Positions 1-13,662 of a DNA stretch of 64,000 nucleotides are shown here, piece by piece; the first letter of the stretch is position 1; every line of letters starts with the position of its first letter. The notes under the pieces are model-generated. The model did not search any database and was not told the origin of the DNA. It worked only from the letters and a program-made list of their open reading frames with translations. This DNA comes from Heterodontus francisci (Eukaryota), in contig NC_090387.1 in NCBI RefSeq assembly GCF_036365525.1, positions 76,383,300 to 76,447,299 of the forward strand, read 5' to 3'. The position numbers and the translations under genes were made by a program.

Positions 1-242
1 CCAAGACAGATGAAATTTTGGACCGATACGCATGTGGTTCTGTGTTACAGTTTTATTCCCAAACAATATACTTGATTCATAAAAATATAGAGTCATAGAG
101 TTGTACAGCATAAAAGCAGGCCCTTCGTCTCACCGCGTCCATGCCGACCATAATGCCTATCTATACTAATCCCACCTGCCTGCATTAATTCCATATCCTT
201 CTATCCATTGTTCATTCAACTACCTGGTGGAGGCGGGGAGGA

Positions 243-612
243 GGTCTCATAGAAACCTATAAAATTCGAACAGGACTTGACAGGGTAGATGCAGGAAGGA
301 TGTTCCCGATGGTGGGGGAGTCCAGAACCAGGGGTCATAGTCTAAGGATACGGGCTAAACCTTTCAAAACTGAGATGAGGAGAAATTACTTCACCCAGAG
401 AGTGGTGAGCCTGTGGAATTCGAAACTACAGAAAGCAGTTGAGGCGAAAACATTGCATGTTTTCAAGAAGGAGTTAGATATAGCTCTTGGGTTTAAAGGG
501 ATCAAAGGAAATGGGGGGAAAGTGGGAACTGGTCACTGAGTTGGATGATCAACCATGAATGGCGGAGCAGGATCGCAGGGCCGAATGGCCTACTCCTGCT
601 CCTATTTTTTAT
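243..612 (+). mobile_element. CR1 LINE 3' end
   Basis: MFPMVGESRTRGHSLRI...FTQRVVSLWN ORF2 C-terminus plus the CR1 3' UTR hairpin gggccgaatggcctactcctgctcct. Confidence 0.9.
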
Positions 613-3600
613 GCTTTTGAGAGGAACAAAGTCCCATCAGCAAAACAAATACAATTACATAAACGCGCCTGGGGAATAAAGGCCACCTTCAAAATAAAAG
701 CAGGTTAATTACAGAGTTAAGCTTTCCCTACACTATCCCCCATCAAACAAAACAGAAGAGGAAAAAAAGGCACAGGGATAGGTGGGACCGTTGTCGGAGA
801 GAGAGTGGATGCCTGTCTGTGATTGGTCACTGTCTGAGACATACAGCGGACTGTCTGGGTGGGGTGAGCACTGATTAGCAGTTCGTGGGGCAGACACGCT
901 GGAATCGGTCGCCCTTGCTGTTTTTGCCCTTTACGTAAGTGGGCGGGAATGGGAGCGAGGAGCATTGAACCATAAATGGTGAACCATGAGCCGGGAGCCC
1001 TAACCCCGAGGAGAAGCGTGAACTATGAATGGGGAGTGGCAAACAATGTGTGGGGACCCGTGAACCATGAGCAGGGAATGTTGAGCGGCGAGCCCTGAGC
1101 CAGCAGTGACAAATTATGAGTGGCAAACAAATATTGGGTAGCGGGACACCATGAGACACAGAGAAGGAGCAGGGGCAGAGAGAGAGGGGAGATACAGAGA
1201 GGCGGAGAGAGACAGAGAGAGGGAGACACAGGGAGCAGGTGGTGGGCTGGTGGTACAGAGACGCACAGAGTGCATATTAGTTAAATAACTTTTGTTTTTA
1301 CGCAACGGAGTAAGACAATTAGTCTGAACAAATCTTTTCCTCATGTTAGCTAATTTTTTTCACATTTCGCCATTGTCCTTCATTTGGAGATTGTAAGAAT
1401 TAAAGGGCAATCATGTTCGAATGATAAGTATTTTATTTATTTATATTTTTCGATGCGGATTTCTAAAGTGATGGGAAATATTTAAATACATGACTGTGTC
1501 AGATGAAAGGTTACAACTCGGTTCCTAACTCGTCGGCATTGCCTGTACAAACTCAGAACGGTGAGCGCAGCAGCAGCAACAGCAGCAGTCTGTGATCGCG
1601 AGTGCATTCATTCAGCTGGGTAAAAGGATGCTGACTATAATAGAGTGAGCTTGCAGCTCAAGCTGCATACGATTTAAACTGAAATAATGACTGTAATACA
1701 GTGGTAGCACTCTCCCCGTGAGCCTCACTCCAGAGACTTCAACACATAATCTCGGCTGACATTCTAATGCCGAACTGAAGTAGTGCTGCACACTCTGCAG
1801 TGTTCCATTTCAGATGATCCATTAAAACATGACTCCTTCGTCCCTCGGTGGTGGATGTAAATGATCCCTCCAACTGGAAGAGGAACAGGGAGTTCTTAGT
1901 TTCCTATCTCATCTGATATCACTAAACAAAAATTGATTATCACATCGCGTTTTATGCGACCGTGGTGGGCATACACTGTTGTTCAATTCCTGCAACAGTG
2001 ACTACACTTCAAAAAATACTTCTTTGGCTGTAAAACGGTTTGGCAGGGTGGGGGATGGGGCGGGGTGAAGGGTGGGTGGGGGGGGGGGGGGGGGTGGTGG
2101 GTGGCGGTGGAGGATGGGTCCTAAAATCATGAAAGGCGCTATGCACAAATGTATTTTTTTCTTCAAATGATGCCTTTTCATCTTCCAGATGCGATGGGTA
2201 TTTTTCAATGATGTTGATGTGGAACACAAATACCGCCATCTTAACTATAGCTGCCATTCGTGAAAAGTTGGGCAATTTGCTGACTGTGAAGGATTATATC
2301 GAACCTATCTATAATAAGCAGCACAAATACTGAATTACTGAATTATTTTTGGGTGAGAGAAATGATTGGGGGGTTATAAGGGATAGAGCGGAATTTTATG
2401 GAAACTTTGGGACAGACTCAACATTCACTTCCTTTCCTCTGCATTGATATGTTTTTAAAGCCACTGAAGACTACTACAGTGAGTTACTCATTTTAACACA
2501 ATCTGAGACAGACAATCAATTAAAATGAAGAAATACACAATTAACTAACAGGATATGCAATTCAATCATAAATAACGCGGTTTGCCTTTAATTTCAATGT
2601 AAGTAATTCTTTTGATAGTTTCGGGATGATATTGCCCCAATAAAGCCACTCCTGAGCAGTTTTATTCCAAAGTAGCTCTCAATTCCGGGAGGTGATTTTT
2701 TTTACCTAGAGATAATAAACCATAGGTCTCTCTGTCTCTTCAGGTGGACATAAAAAGATCCCATGCCACACAGAGTTCACCTGCTGCTCTGAACAACATT
2801 GTTCCCTCAACCAGCATTACTATCTGCAGGTTATCTGGTCTTTTATCTCATTGCTATTTGTGTGACCTTTCAGTTTGCTAATTGCCCGTCTTTCCCTCTA
2901 CATTACAACAGTGACAATACTTCAAAAGTAAAACATTTGGAACATCTCGTTGTGAAAATCGCTTTACATATACTGTTTATCTTTTTTATATTACTGTTAG
3001 TGGGATCTTGCTGTGTGCAAATTTGCTTCTAGTTTTAATTATTTCAAAAGCAATGAGTATAAGGCAGTTTGGGACAGTTCATAAGCGAGATAATGAGGTG
3101 CTATAAATGAATGCAAGTCAGTCTTTCTCATCATAGTGGCTCTCGGAAATCCTGCCAATTTGGTGGGAATTTGGAATTTGCCAGGCATTCTGGAAGTTAG
3201 AGAATTAAATATTAAACATATTATTTGGATGGGTGAGTCACAGGGTCATCGTTAGTGCTACAGGATTAAGCTGCAAAGTTATTTTCCACGGAAAACTATT
3301 ACCACTTCACAATGTAAATCTAGAGCCAGGACTCCACAGGAATCCAGAACAATGGGTGGGAGTTCCACTTCTGGGTCTTGAGTTCCAGGCGATTTGACAT
3401 CACTACCCTTTACACAGCATCTCAAGTCGGTGGCAGCCAGCAATGGTACATGAGGACATCGGTAGTGGCCCGTTGTTTGCCTTCTTTTTACAGAAAATAA
3501 CGAAGAGAAAAGGAGAGATACGTACATTATAGCACGATCCCACATCATATTGCTGGTGCTCTGGCCAATATTCAGCCCACAACCAACTTCACTAAAACAA

Positions 3601-4669
3601 GTTGTTTGGTCATTAAAACGTTGCTGGTCGTGGAACATTGCTGTGCGCAATATGGCTGCCATGTTTCCTACATGACAACAGTGGCAACACCTCAGAAGTA
3701 CTTAATTGGCTGTAAAACGAATTGGGACTGAAATGTGCTTTACCAATACAAGTTCGTTTTTTCCTTTCGCCAATTTTACTAGTGCTATTTTGTTTTTATA
3801 ACAAACAAGGCCATCTATCCATTCAGATATATAATCTAATATACTGGATGACATTATGCATAATGAGATGTTTGTGAACGATAACGTTATTCTCCATTAC
3901 AGCTGAAAATGAGCGTCAATTTTGCCAAATGATTGCTCCCTTGATGTAACCTATTTCATGTTGAGAGTGTGGCATACGGAGAGAGCTTTCTCCGGAACTT
4001 ATCGATTTTATAGTGATTACCGCTAGAAATCATAAATGGTTCACTCTATGGCGTTCTCACAGAAAGAGCTCCATATCTCTGAAGTTCATTACATTTAACA
4101 TTGACATTTAGCTGATATCTTGATAATTGCTTGGCATTTCAGTTGTCAGAATCAGCATGCCGGGGAATCGCTAAACACAGACATTGCAGAACAACTGCAG
4201 AAATGTTTGGTTGCGAGATTTCAAATACATTTCTTAAATCATATTTATTTTGAACGTCGAACCAGAGAACGCTAGCACTGTGCAACTTGCATGACCTGAG
4301 ACGGGCGCAGCTACTAACCACAAAGTGTTTCCATTATGCCACTAGCCGAATCACCTTGCAGTTCTTTTCTCCCAGTGATAGCAATTTCGCATTAGCTCAA
4401 ACTACGATTGCACTTTGTGGTAAATGATTAGCTAAATAAAGAAATGAGCTTCAAGATGAGATCCATTTTTTATAGAAAAGTTGCAAAAGTTCACACTTGA
4501 GCAATTGCAATCGCATATTACAAATAGAAATCTAAAATAGATGCCCTTGTGGCGAAACCTCTTCATCAGAATGACAAATAGAAGCATTTAAAAAGGAGCA
4601 GAAGAGATGGAAAGTGGCGGCAAACCCACACACAAAGATACCTACAGACACACAAACAGAAACCACACA

Positions 4670-5960
4670 AGTCGTATTTGTCCAGCGCCTTCAACGTAGT
4701 TATATTAAAAAGCGCTTCATAGGGAAAATTAGCAAACACATTTTAACACTGAACACCGTAAGTTCCTGGTGATCAACAACTTCTAAAGGAGGAAGGAGTG
4801 GCAGAGATATTCCGGGTTGGAATTCCAGAGCTTAGGGTCGAAGCAACTGAAGACACGGCCACCAATGGCGGAGCGATAAAAATTGGGGATGGACAAGAAG
4901 CCAGAATTCGAGGAGGGCCAAGGCCATGGAGACATTTGAAAAGAAAGATGATAATTTTAAACTAAAGGCGTTGCAGGATCCGGAGTCAGTGCAGGTCAAC
5001 GAGCATGCGGAATGAATGCTGCTTGGCGTGAGTTATACATGCACACATATACATAGACACATAAGCACACACAATCACACATGCACACGCATTCAGATAT
5101 ACACACAGACGCACACATACACATACAAACTCATACTTATACCCATGAAAAAAGTCTTGTATTTATATAGCACCTTTAATGATCCAGGAAGTCCCAAAGT
5201 ACTTTTCAGCCAATGAAGTGTAGTCACTGCTGTAATGCAAGAATACACACACACACACGCCCATACACACCCACATACACCAAAACATGCACACACATGC
5301 ATATACATGCACTTCTAAGCACACATACAAACGCACACAGATAGGAGAATGGTGAAGTGTTTAAATAGAAAACGGGATCATTTTCCTTCCTCGCTTACAC
5401 AATATATTTATTTTCCCTTCACTCTTCCCTTCATTCCATTCCCATCTTATCGGCTACACCCTGTTTGAATATGTCCAATCAGATTTCCACCCAACAACAG
5501 GTCCGAAACAGCCCGACTCAAATTCGCAAATCTTTTTTGTGATGGCGACCCCCTATCCACTTCATTACAAAGACTGCCTTCTTCTACCTGTCTTCACCCC
5601 ACCTCAGCTCTCTGCAGCAGAAACAGTTATCGATGCCTTCTGAGCTTCATTGCTGATCAATGGAAGCTAATGGAAATAAAAATCCGAAGAAACATAGAAC
5701 AGGCTGCTGACCCATTTACACTAATGCGGACAGTCATGATCTACCCAATTACACAAATGTACTCCTAGCTGATCCCCTAACTCCCACTAACCTCCAATTT
5801 GCATAAACTTTAGTTCATCCAAAACACTGCTGCCCATATCCTATCCCATACCAGGTTCTGCTCACCCATCATCCCTAACCTGGCTGACCGACATTGGTTT
5901 CTCAAATTTAAGATTCTGACCCTCATTTAAATTCTTTCATGGCTCTGTCCTTCTCTATCT
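4670..5960. mobile_element. L2-like LINE remnants (about 4670-5010 minus, 5450-5960 plus) around a CA-rich tract
   Basis: IQNTAAHIL..T...SPIIP.LA..HW-type L2 C-terminal remnant; a similar fragment lies at 20945-21160. Confidence 0.5.
5035..5340. repeat. Degenerate (CA)n microsatellite region
   Basis: CA/TA-rich runs interrupted by a SINE tail fragment. Confidence 0.85.
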
Positions 5961-5964
5961 AGAG

Positions 5965-6560
5965 CCACTGAACCATAGACAGATTACGGCACAGAAAGAG
6001 GCCATTCAGCCCATCGTCTCCGCGCCGGCTGAAAAAACTAGCCACCCAATCTAATCCCAGCTTCCATCACCTGGTCCGCAGCCTTGCAAGTTATAACACT
6101 TGTGGTGCATGTCTAGGTACCCTTTATATAAGCTGAGCGTTTCTGCCTCCACCACCGTTTCTGGCAGTGAATTCAAGACACCCACCAGCCTCTAGGTGAA
6201 AAGGTTTTCCCTCATGTCCCCTCTAATCCTTCTACTAATCACCTTAAATCTGTGACCCCTGTTAATTGACCCTCTGCCAGGGGAAACAGGTCCTTCCTGT
6301 CTACTCTATCTAGGCCCCTCATAATTTTGTACACCTCAATTAAGTCACCCCCTCAGCCTCCTCTGTTCTAAGAAAACAACTCTAGCCTATCCAATCTTTC
6401 CTCATAGCTGCAACTTTCAAGCCCTGGCAACATTCTTGTAGATCTCTTCTGTACTCTCTACAGAGCAATTATGCCCTTCCTGTAATGTGGTCACCAGAAC
6501 TGTATGCAATACTCCAGCTGTGGCCTAACCAGCATTTTATACAGTTCCAGCATTACATCT
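5965..6560 (-). mobile_element. CR1 LINE 3' fragment
   Basis: Reverse-strand CR1 3' UTR and ORF2 (LEYCIQFWxPHY...RGDLIEVYKIMRG). Confidence 0.85.
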
Positions 6561-6984
6561 CAGCAACTGCTCCAGCCAACAGCTCCCCTATCTCTCCACC
6601 ATTCTCCTAACTGTGTAATGTAGTACATTTCCCGTTTCTTTTCCCACCGTGCACTAAAATTCTCTCTCTAAACATCTCTGCTTCTGCATTCTCTCTCTAT
6701 TTTGATTGTCGTTTAATCCTACCTCTTCGATCAAACCTTTGCTTTCTCCTTCCTAATATACCTTTCTTTCACTGGATGTATTTCTATTTTTGGTTAGGCC
6801 TTTGGAAAACACTTTTGGAAGTCTTTCTACTTTAATGACTTTATATAAATATCACTTGTTGCTTGTGTCTTCCTCTTTATTTTTCCAGTTCTGATGAAGA
6901 GTTAAGACCAAACTATTAACTTATCTGTTCTCTTGGGACAAGTTGATCGACTCATTGAATATTTCCAACATGTTCTATTTTACA

Positions 6985-7830
6985 TTACATAGAATTACAT
7001 GGAGACCATTCGCCCCAACTGGTCTATGCTGCTATTTATGCCCTCGGGGGCGTATTGCCACTCCTTTTCATCTATCCTTATCAGCAAATCCTTTTATTTC
7101 ATTTCCCTTCATATACATATCAAGCTCCACCTTTAAATACATCTATGCCATTCACCTCAACTACTAAATTTTCCACTCATTCGGTAAAAGTTTCTCCTGA
7201 ATTCCTTCTTGGATTTATTTATGATTATCTTATATGTCTGCCGTCTAGTTCTGGACTCCCTCACAAGTTGAAACATTTTTTCTTGGTCTACCCTATCAAA
7301 CACTTTCATTATTTCAAAGACCTCGATCAGGTCCCCCCTCAGCTTTCCATTTTCTAGAGAAAGGAACCTCAGACTTTTCACCCTTTCCTGATAAGTGTAT
7401 CATCTTAGTTCTGGTATTATTCTTGTGGATAGTTTTTGCACGTTTTTCAGTGCCTGTATATCCTATTTTTTAATATGGAAACTGGAAATGTGCACAGTGC
7501 TTCAAGTATGGTCTAATCAAGATTCAATGCAAGTTTAACATAACTTTGCTGCTTTTTAATTCTATCCCTTCAGAAATTAACCCCAATTTTTGGCTTACTT
7601 TTTAATGGCCTTATTAATCTGCATTATCTGCTTTTAGTGATTAATGGATTTGTGCCCCTAAATAATTTCCCCCCTCTACCCCATTTAGACTCTTATTATC
7701 CAAGAAGTATGTGGCCTCCTTACACTTCCTACTAAAATGCACCACCTCACACTTATCTGTATTGAAATTCAATTGCTAATTACATACCCACTCACCAATT
7801 ATTTTACTGTCTTCTTGAATTTTGCCGCAT
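6985..7830 (-). mobile_element. CR1 LINE 3' fragment
   Basis: LRGDLIEVFEIMKVFDRVDQEKMF in ORF 7157-7381; counterpart at 36110-37270. Confidence 0.8.
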
Positions 7831-8475
7831 TCTTTCTCAGTATTAATCATAGAGCTCATTTTGGTGTCATCACAAATTCTGGTTGTGCTACTGACTTCTG
7901 GGCTCTGGCTTCAGATTTCCAGCAGTTTGTTTTCTTTTTTGCGTGGTAAAGATGCTGAGGCGCTGCAAGACCAGGCTGGCAAAGGCCTGCTGTGTTTCTG
8001 TGAAGCCTCAAGAGGCACCCTTGCTCTTTTCATCAGGTCAACCCTGCAACAGGGTGACATCAATTTAGAATTAAATCCAGGCCATTCAGGAATGAAACCA
8101 GGAAACACCTTTTCTCACAAAGACTCATAGAAATCTGGAACCCTCTTCCCAAAAGGCAGTGAATGCTTGGACAATTGGAGTTTTCACGACTCAGCTAGTA
8201 GATTTATATTATTAACGGTATCAAGGGATACAGAAGGAAGGCAGGTAAATGGAGTTGAGGTGCAGATTAGCCATGATCTAAATAAATGACTGACCAGGGT
8301 CCAGAAGCTGAATGTCTATTCCTGTTCTTATGGCATGGCTACAGAAACAATTTAAAACCCTTCCACCCCGTTAATGCCAATGTTCCAAAGAAAAAATGTA
8401 AAGTTTTTACAGGTCTCTCACAGATGTTACATGGGAGAACGGCAGACCCCTGATCGAATTATTGGCTGTACATCT

Positions 8476-9316
8476 TGTTATGATCCTGTAGTTTTTTTCC
8501 CATTAAGAATGTGGTGTGCCGTTAAGGCTGGAAAAGGAGCCATTTTGCTTTAAGGCAACAAGCCCAGAAGCTGAGTCAAAAATGAATTCTCCTTGCCCAG
8601 GGATACAGCCATTCGGAGATGATGATTCAAAGAGTTCTTTCTGTTTGCCCGGGATAGAGCCATTCAGACTGAGCGTTGAGAGATACATTGTTGCCGGGTG
8701 ACGTTTGAAACTAATTGAAATGTTGCCTTTTGAGAGACAGTTCATAGACACAGACAGACAGCTGGCCCAGCAGGAACAGAAGAGATCTCTGATAGTTTAA
8801 ACTGAAGGAGGGAAGTTGGAGTGTGACAATCTTTTATCCATCATATTTTCTGAAGCCAAATTGATTTATTAAAAAGTGTTTGAAAGTTGTTAATTGTTGG
8901 AATCTATCGTGGGAGAAGCAAAGCATCACTTACTGCTGAATTAGACTGCGGACTGTTCTACTGTTGAAGAACCTTTTCTCCCTCCATTGAACGGCTTTGA
9001 GGACTTCAGGCAACCTTGGCAAAATCCACATTGGAAGATTTCACTTCAGAAGGAGCGTAAATATGCAAGGACCATGTTTTATATTTTAAATGTTGTTTAT
9101 ATCTTAGTAGTGTTTTAGAATTTAGTATTCCTCACTAAACAGTTAATTTGTTGATTTAAAGACACCTGGTTTAGCTAGCCTCAATCGGGGGTTAATAGAT
9201 GGTACCATTTGGCTGGGTCTTTAATTTGGAAAGTTTAAAGTGATATGTTAGGTGATCTGTGGAGGATTGAGATTGAATTAACAGCGCGTTTCTCCCATCA
9301 GCGGTCACTCGTAACA
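8476..9316. mobile_element. Solo LTR (same family)
   Basis: TGTTATGA...GTAACA termini, similar to 59091-60069; TSD not preserved. Confidence 0.72.
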
Positions 9317-10311
9317 TATGAATATCTGTAGAACTGATTAACAGTGCTGCAGAATAAACTAGGGTTTGAATTTTCTTGCGCGAACCGCAGCGGTAAATGT
9401 GTGAATCCGTGGAGAAATGTTATTGATGGCGTTTCGTCTGCTCTTCCAGGGTTTCCGTCAATATTTTGCCAAAGTTATTGCGGAAAATCGGTAGAAACCT
9501 CCGCAGAAAATCCACCCAGTTAATTTAACGTATTTACTATCCAATGGCGGCATTGGTCGCATTGCATAAACTCCTGGCATCCGTCTTATTCATCAGCCAT
9601 GTCTACAAATGCAATGGAATTCATATCCAGTTGAGAAAGCGCACTTTTTCTTTCAAATAGCTTTCGATGAATTGAACTATGAAAGTGTTTGGGCAACATC
9701 ATCAGACAATTGATGAGAAACCATTGCATTCATTTTAGTGAGAGTGTTGCATTGAGCACAGCCCGGATCATAGAGCGACTGTCTGCCGATGTCCTCAGTG
9801 TGCAAATTGCATTCTGGAATCGGAAGGTGTGTGCGTGAGGGGTCAGGGTTGCTGCTCGACATCCCAGCATTTAATATGTATCTTTGTGCACTGGTATAAT
9901 TGTGCAGATGAGGAGGGTCATTAAAGAAGTCCTCAGAGGAGGTTTCAAGGAAATCATTGATCCGAGCCCCAAAGCAAGAGTCATTGATCCGGTCCTTAGA
10001 AGAGATCCACTGATCAGGTAACGGAGGTAGTCACTGATCAGATCCCCCCATAAAGGGGTAATTAAACTCCTAAAGGAGATTTAATCATCAACCCCTTTGA
10101 GAAGAGTCATTGACCAAATCTCGAGAGGACAGTGCCCAGAAAATATGTTACTTCTATCACTCAAACAAGTACCCCAGGGCAGCGAATGCTAACAAAAAAA
10201 GTAAAGGAAGCATGGGGCAATGGCATAATATGGGCGATATTGAATTGGCCGTCCCTATACACCATCCCGATTTTTATTTACTTCAATGGAAAGGAAAATC
10301 AGGCGTGGCTA

Positions 10312-10621
10312 ATTCAGTATCAACCAGTTCACAGCATCGTCCAATATTAGAATTACTTCCATGGACTCTAAAGACATCTGGATTTTAACTGGAAACAATT
10401 TCATTTCCCATAATCTTGAAGTCTGTTCCTTCTGTTTGTATCATGATTGAGTCTATTCAATAAAAGATTTTCAGTGCAATGTATACTAAGCAAAGGGATT
10501 ATTTGAGTGCTTGGCAAGATTATGGGAAATGAAATTGTTTCCAGTTAAAATCCAGATGTCTTTAGAGTCCATGGAAATAATTCTAATATTGGACGATGCT
10601 GTGAACTGGTTGATACTGAAT
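10312..10621. repeat. Inverted repeat, 107-bp arms (10312-10418 and 10515-10621) with a 96-bp spacer
   Basis: Arms are reverse complements with one mismatch seen; the structure is absent from copy 2. Confidence 0.95.
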
Positions 10622-10626
10622 CAATC

Positions 10627-10764
10627 AGCTGGCACATGACATGATGGGTTGGATTTTCCACATGCTTCAATAAAAAGCTGGCACATGACATGATGGGTTG
10701 GATTTTCCACATGCTTCAATAAAAAGCTGGCACATGACATGATGGGTTGGATTTTCCACATGCT
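10627..10764 (+). repeat. 49-bp tandem repeat, about 2.8 copies
   Basis: agctggcacatgacatgatgggttggattttccacatgcttcaataaaa starts at 10627, 10676 and 10725; single copy in duplicate 2. Confidence 0.95.
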
Positions 10765-11384
10765 GCCCAGACAGTTAAATATAACAACGGCTGATTCGTA
10801 TTACCAGTTTAGCCCTGAGTGGCTAATTGAAAATCTATCTCACATCCTCCATGATGAAGTTAATACCCTCAATATCGAGTACAATGCAAGCAAACACAAC
10901 TGGGCTCAAGTTTTCTTGCATCTAAAATCTTCATTAGAAATTTATGTTATTTTGAACAGGCCATAGCTTATTCACAGTAAACGCATTGAAACCTTTTTCT
11001 TTGAGGAGAACATGGGTAGATGTGCGATAGTGAAATAAAGCTGATAACAAGGCAGCAGTCCGTGTTACAGTTCACCGAGTATTTATTGCCATTGATTTCA
11101 ATATGGAGAGATATCGATCAGACTGCCTACTCGCTATCGCCGTTTTAAAAGATCTACCCCGGTATTCCTTGCTTTTATTAATTCAATCACAACTGATATC
11201 CCGGTTGAATGCTATCGTTATTAAATGTTTATTTCTGTGATTTTAAGCAGAAGCTCGGCTCCCAAAGTTTGCAAAAAATGTAAATGTTGCGATAAAATCA
11301 AATTTGCTCTAGTATATGTAATACAGCCCGTGGAGGCTGACAGTATAACTATTTTATTTAGTTACCCGATGCTACAGGAAACAT

Positions 11385-11577
11385 GGGGCTAGATCTTGCC
11401 TTTTTACGACAGGGTAAAATGGATGATAGTGAGTCGGCAGCCCGTGTTACATCTCTCCCCATTTTTATTCCCATTGATCTGTACCCCCATTGAAATAAAA
11501 CTCAGGACAGATGTAAAAGGTGATGCCAACGCACTATCATCCATTTTACGCTATCGCACAAAGTAAAAATCTACCCC
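11385..11577. mobile_element. Palindromic MITE-like element
   Basis: ggggctagat...atctacccc termini and a long internal inverted repeat (gtaaaatggatgatagtg / cactatcatccattttac). Related copies near 11015-11160, 16900-17030, 19920-20055, 40725-40917 and 52245-52390. Confidence 0.65.
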
Positions 11578-12811
11578 ACATCGTACGTCGGGCCTTGAAT
11601 ATCAAAATCCGTACAGAAAACCAGTCTTACAATTTTCTTGGAGACAATGTAATCTTCCGCACAGTTTGTCATATTCCAGTCAGTTGTTTCCTGCGTGAGC
11701 TGCTATAGAAGCACATCACTCGGTATTGGTGAAATGAAAAACAAAATACTGCAGAAGTTGGAAATCTGAAATAATAACAGAAATACTCATCAGGTCAGGC
11801 AACATCTGAGGAGGGAGATACTGGCGGTTGATTGAATTACTGATTACGTTGATCAATTACTACTTGCTCCCAGCCCCACCAATCTTCTCCGTCCTTTCTC
11901 AAATGTGCCGATCAGCTTCGCTTCAATGTCCGTAGCACACTTTCTGAGATCTTGCCCAAGTGGAAAACTTGCAAGGGCAAGTCTAGACGGGAAGGGGTAT
12001 AAAGTGCAAAAGAGGCGAGAGCGAATTATTTTTGAATTCTGCCTGATTTGCTTTTCCACCATGAAAATAACAAATCGGACAGAACGAAAAACGGGCCGCC
12101 TATTCGCGATGGCCCGAATCATGCTGCTGTCCCTATGTTAGGAGGATTTCAGACTCAAGAGAGGGGGACATCACAGCCAAACATATTTTAAACTCCACAC
12201 ATGAAATCTTTCCGAAGGAATCACTGATCGGAATCGAGCTTTTGACCTCGCTGATTCCATCCTTCCTGGTCAAGAACTACGGAATAGGAATCCACTAGCC
12301 CTCCACCTGAAAAATTATCTCATTAAGCATGGCCCTGGGATGGAATCTGAGACCTTCCTACTCTGTGCCTACTGCCTTTGACAACAGGGCTATTGGTTAT
12401 TGGTTATGTTTAACCAGAAACAGATTGGGAAATGCATTTGTTTCAACCTTTAACCAGGTTGCCCCCTGGATCATCAGCGCAAATCATTTTGCCGCTAAGC
12501 ACGGTTAAATCAGACTCCAATCCAACTTTCAAGTTATCAATAAGCAAACATCTGGTAGATTGATTCTATTGATCTTTGCGGACACCTTTTCTGGGCACCC
12601 TGGCCTAAACGTAAAATCTGGTTCTGAATATTTTACTGATTTGCTCAATATGGATTGAGCAAGCTGAACAGTCTGGATAACACACAGTGCGGAGGGAGGT
12701 ATCTGCTCTCGCTTGGTGTAGCCAAATCACGAACACTATTTAACAAAAATGTATTTACAATATCACCAAACAAACATCAGAACAATTTTTCCTCATTTGA
12801 ACCAATATGAG

Positions 12812-13255
12812 TGCCAGGCGTGGTTCAATTGATAGTGCTCTGTTTCTATGGTCGATGGTTGTGAATTCAGATCACGCTCCAGGACTAGAATACACAAATC
12901 TACGCTGACACTCCATGCAGTAGTGAGGGCTGCTGCACTGTGTGAGGTGCCGTCTTTCAGATGAAATATTAAACGGAGGCCCTTCTGCTCTCTTAGGTGG
13001 ATGTAACAGATCCCATGGTACAATTTGGGAGAAGAGCAGGGGAGTAATCCCTGGTGTCCTGGCCAATATTTATCCCACCAAACTGATTGCCTCGTCATTA
13101 TCACATTGCTGTTGGTGGGATCTTGCTGCGCGAAAATTGGTTGCCGACTTTCCTACATTACAAAAGTAACTACACTTTAAATGTACTTCATTGGCTGTAA
13201 AGGGCCTTAAAAGTCTCGTGGTTGTGAAAGGCACGATATAAATGTCAATTCTTCA
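12812..13255 (+). mobile_element. DeuSINE (SacSINE1-like)
   Basis: tRNA-like head, Deu-type core gatcccatgg...gaagagcaggggag..ccctggtgtcctggccaatattta, and an aaaggc.ctatataaatg-type tail. Related copies near 1700-2160, 2740-3120, 3540-3750, 32300-32730, 42165-42600, 50420-50860 and 54590-54960 (-). Confidence 0.7.
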
Positions 13256-13662
13256 CAAAATTGTTTTGAAACAATAATTGGTCCTATCACCATGCGGTTG
13301 ACTATTACTCCCGTTAAATAACTGGGGAAAATTACCTCTGGTTGCTTTTTTGAGTGAAATCTTAAACGGCTTCTTTTAAAGCACTTCCACTATTTTCCTC
13401 GAACATGGAAATCCTCCAAACAACTTCGCTACAGAAGAGATCAGAGTCCTTTGTGAGGAGATATAAAGGACAAAACGTTGGAACAGCTATTGCCTCAAAT
13501 AATATGTGATTACTTACAATGTGTAAATTGTGGACAAATGTCCATCTTCAAAGAACATTCATTATCATCTCCTAACGGTTAACGCGACCTTATTTACTGG
13601 TTTACAATAATGATTTGATCTGTAAAGCGGCGATGCACCCTGGTATTAAACGTAATTCCCAC

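Larger units (their letters stand above)
9677..13571 (-). pseudogene. IgSF pseudogene B', candidate cytoplasmic exons (13518-13571, 11631-11702, 9677-9813)
   Basis: Counterparts of the copy 2 segments with splice dinucleotides retained; the 72-nt exon carries the same TGA and LEYDKL. Confidence 0.4.

Noticed and set aside
4139-4321. Ig-like C...WF pattern in a minus-strand ORF
   Set aside because: The Trp is not retained in duplicate copy 2, and there are no convincing splice sites or second Cys motif.
10627-10764. CRISPR-like array
   Set aside because: Units are head-to-tail with no unique spacers, there are no cas genes, and the context is vertebrate.
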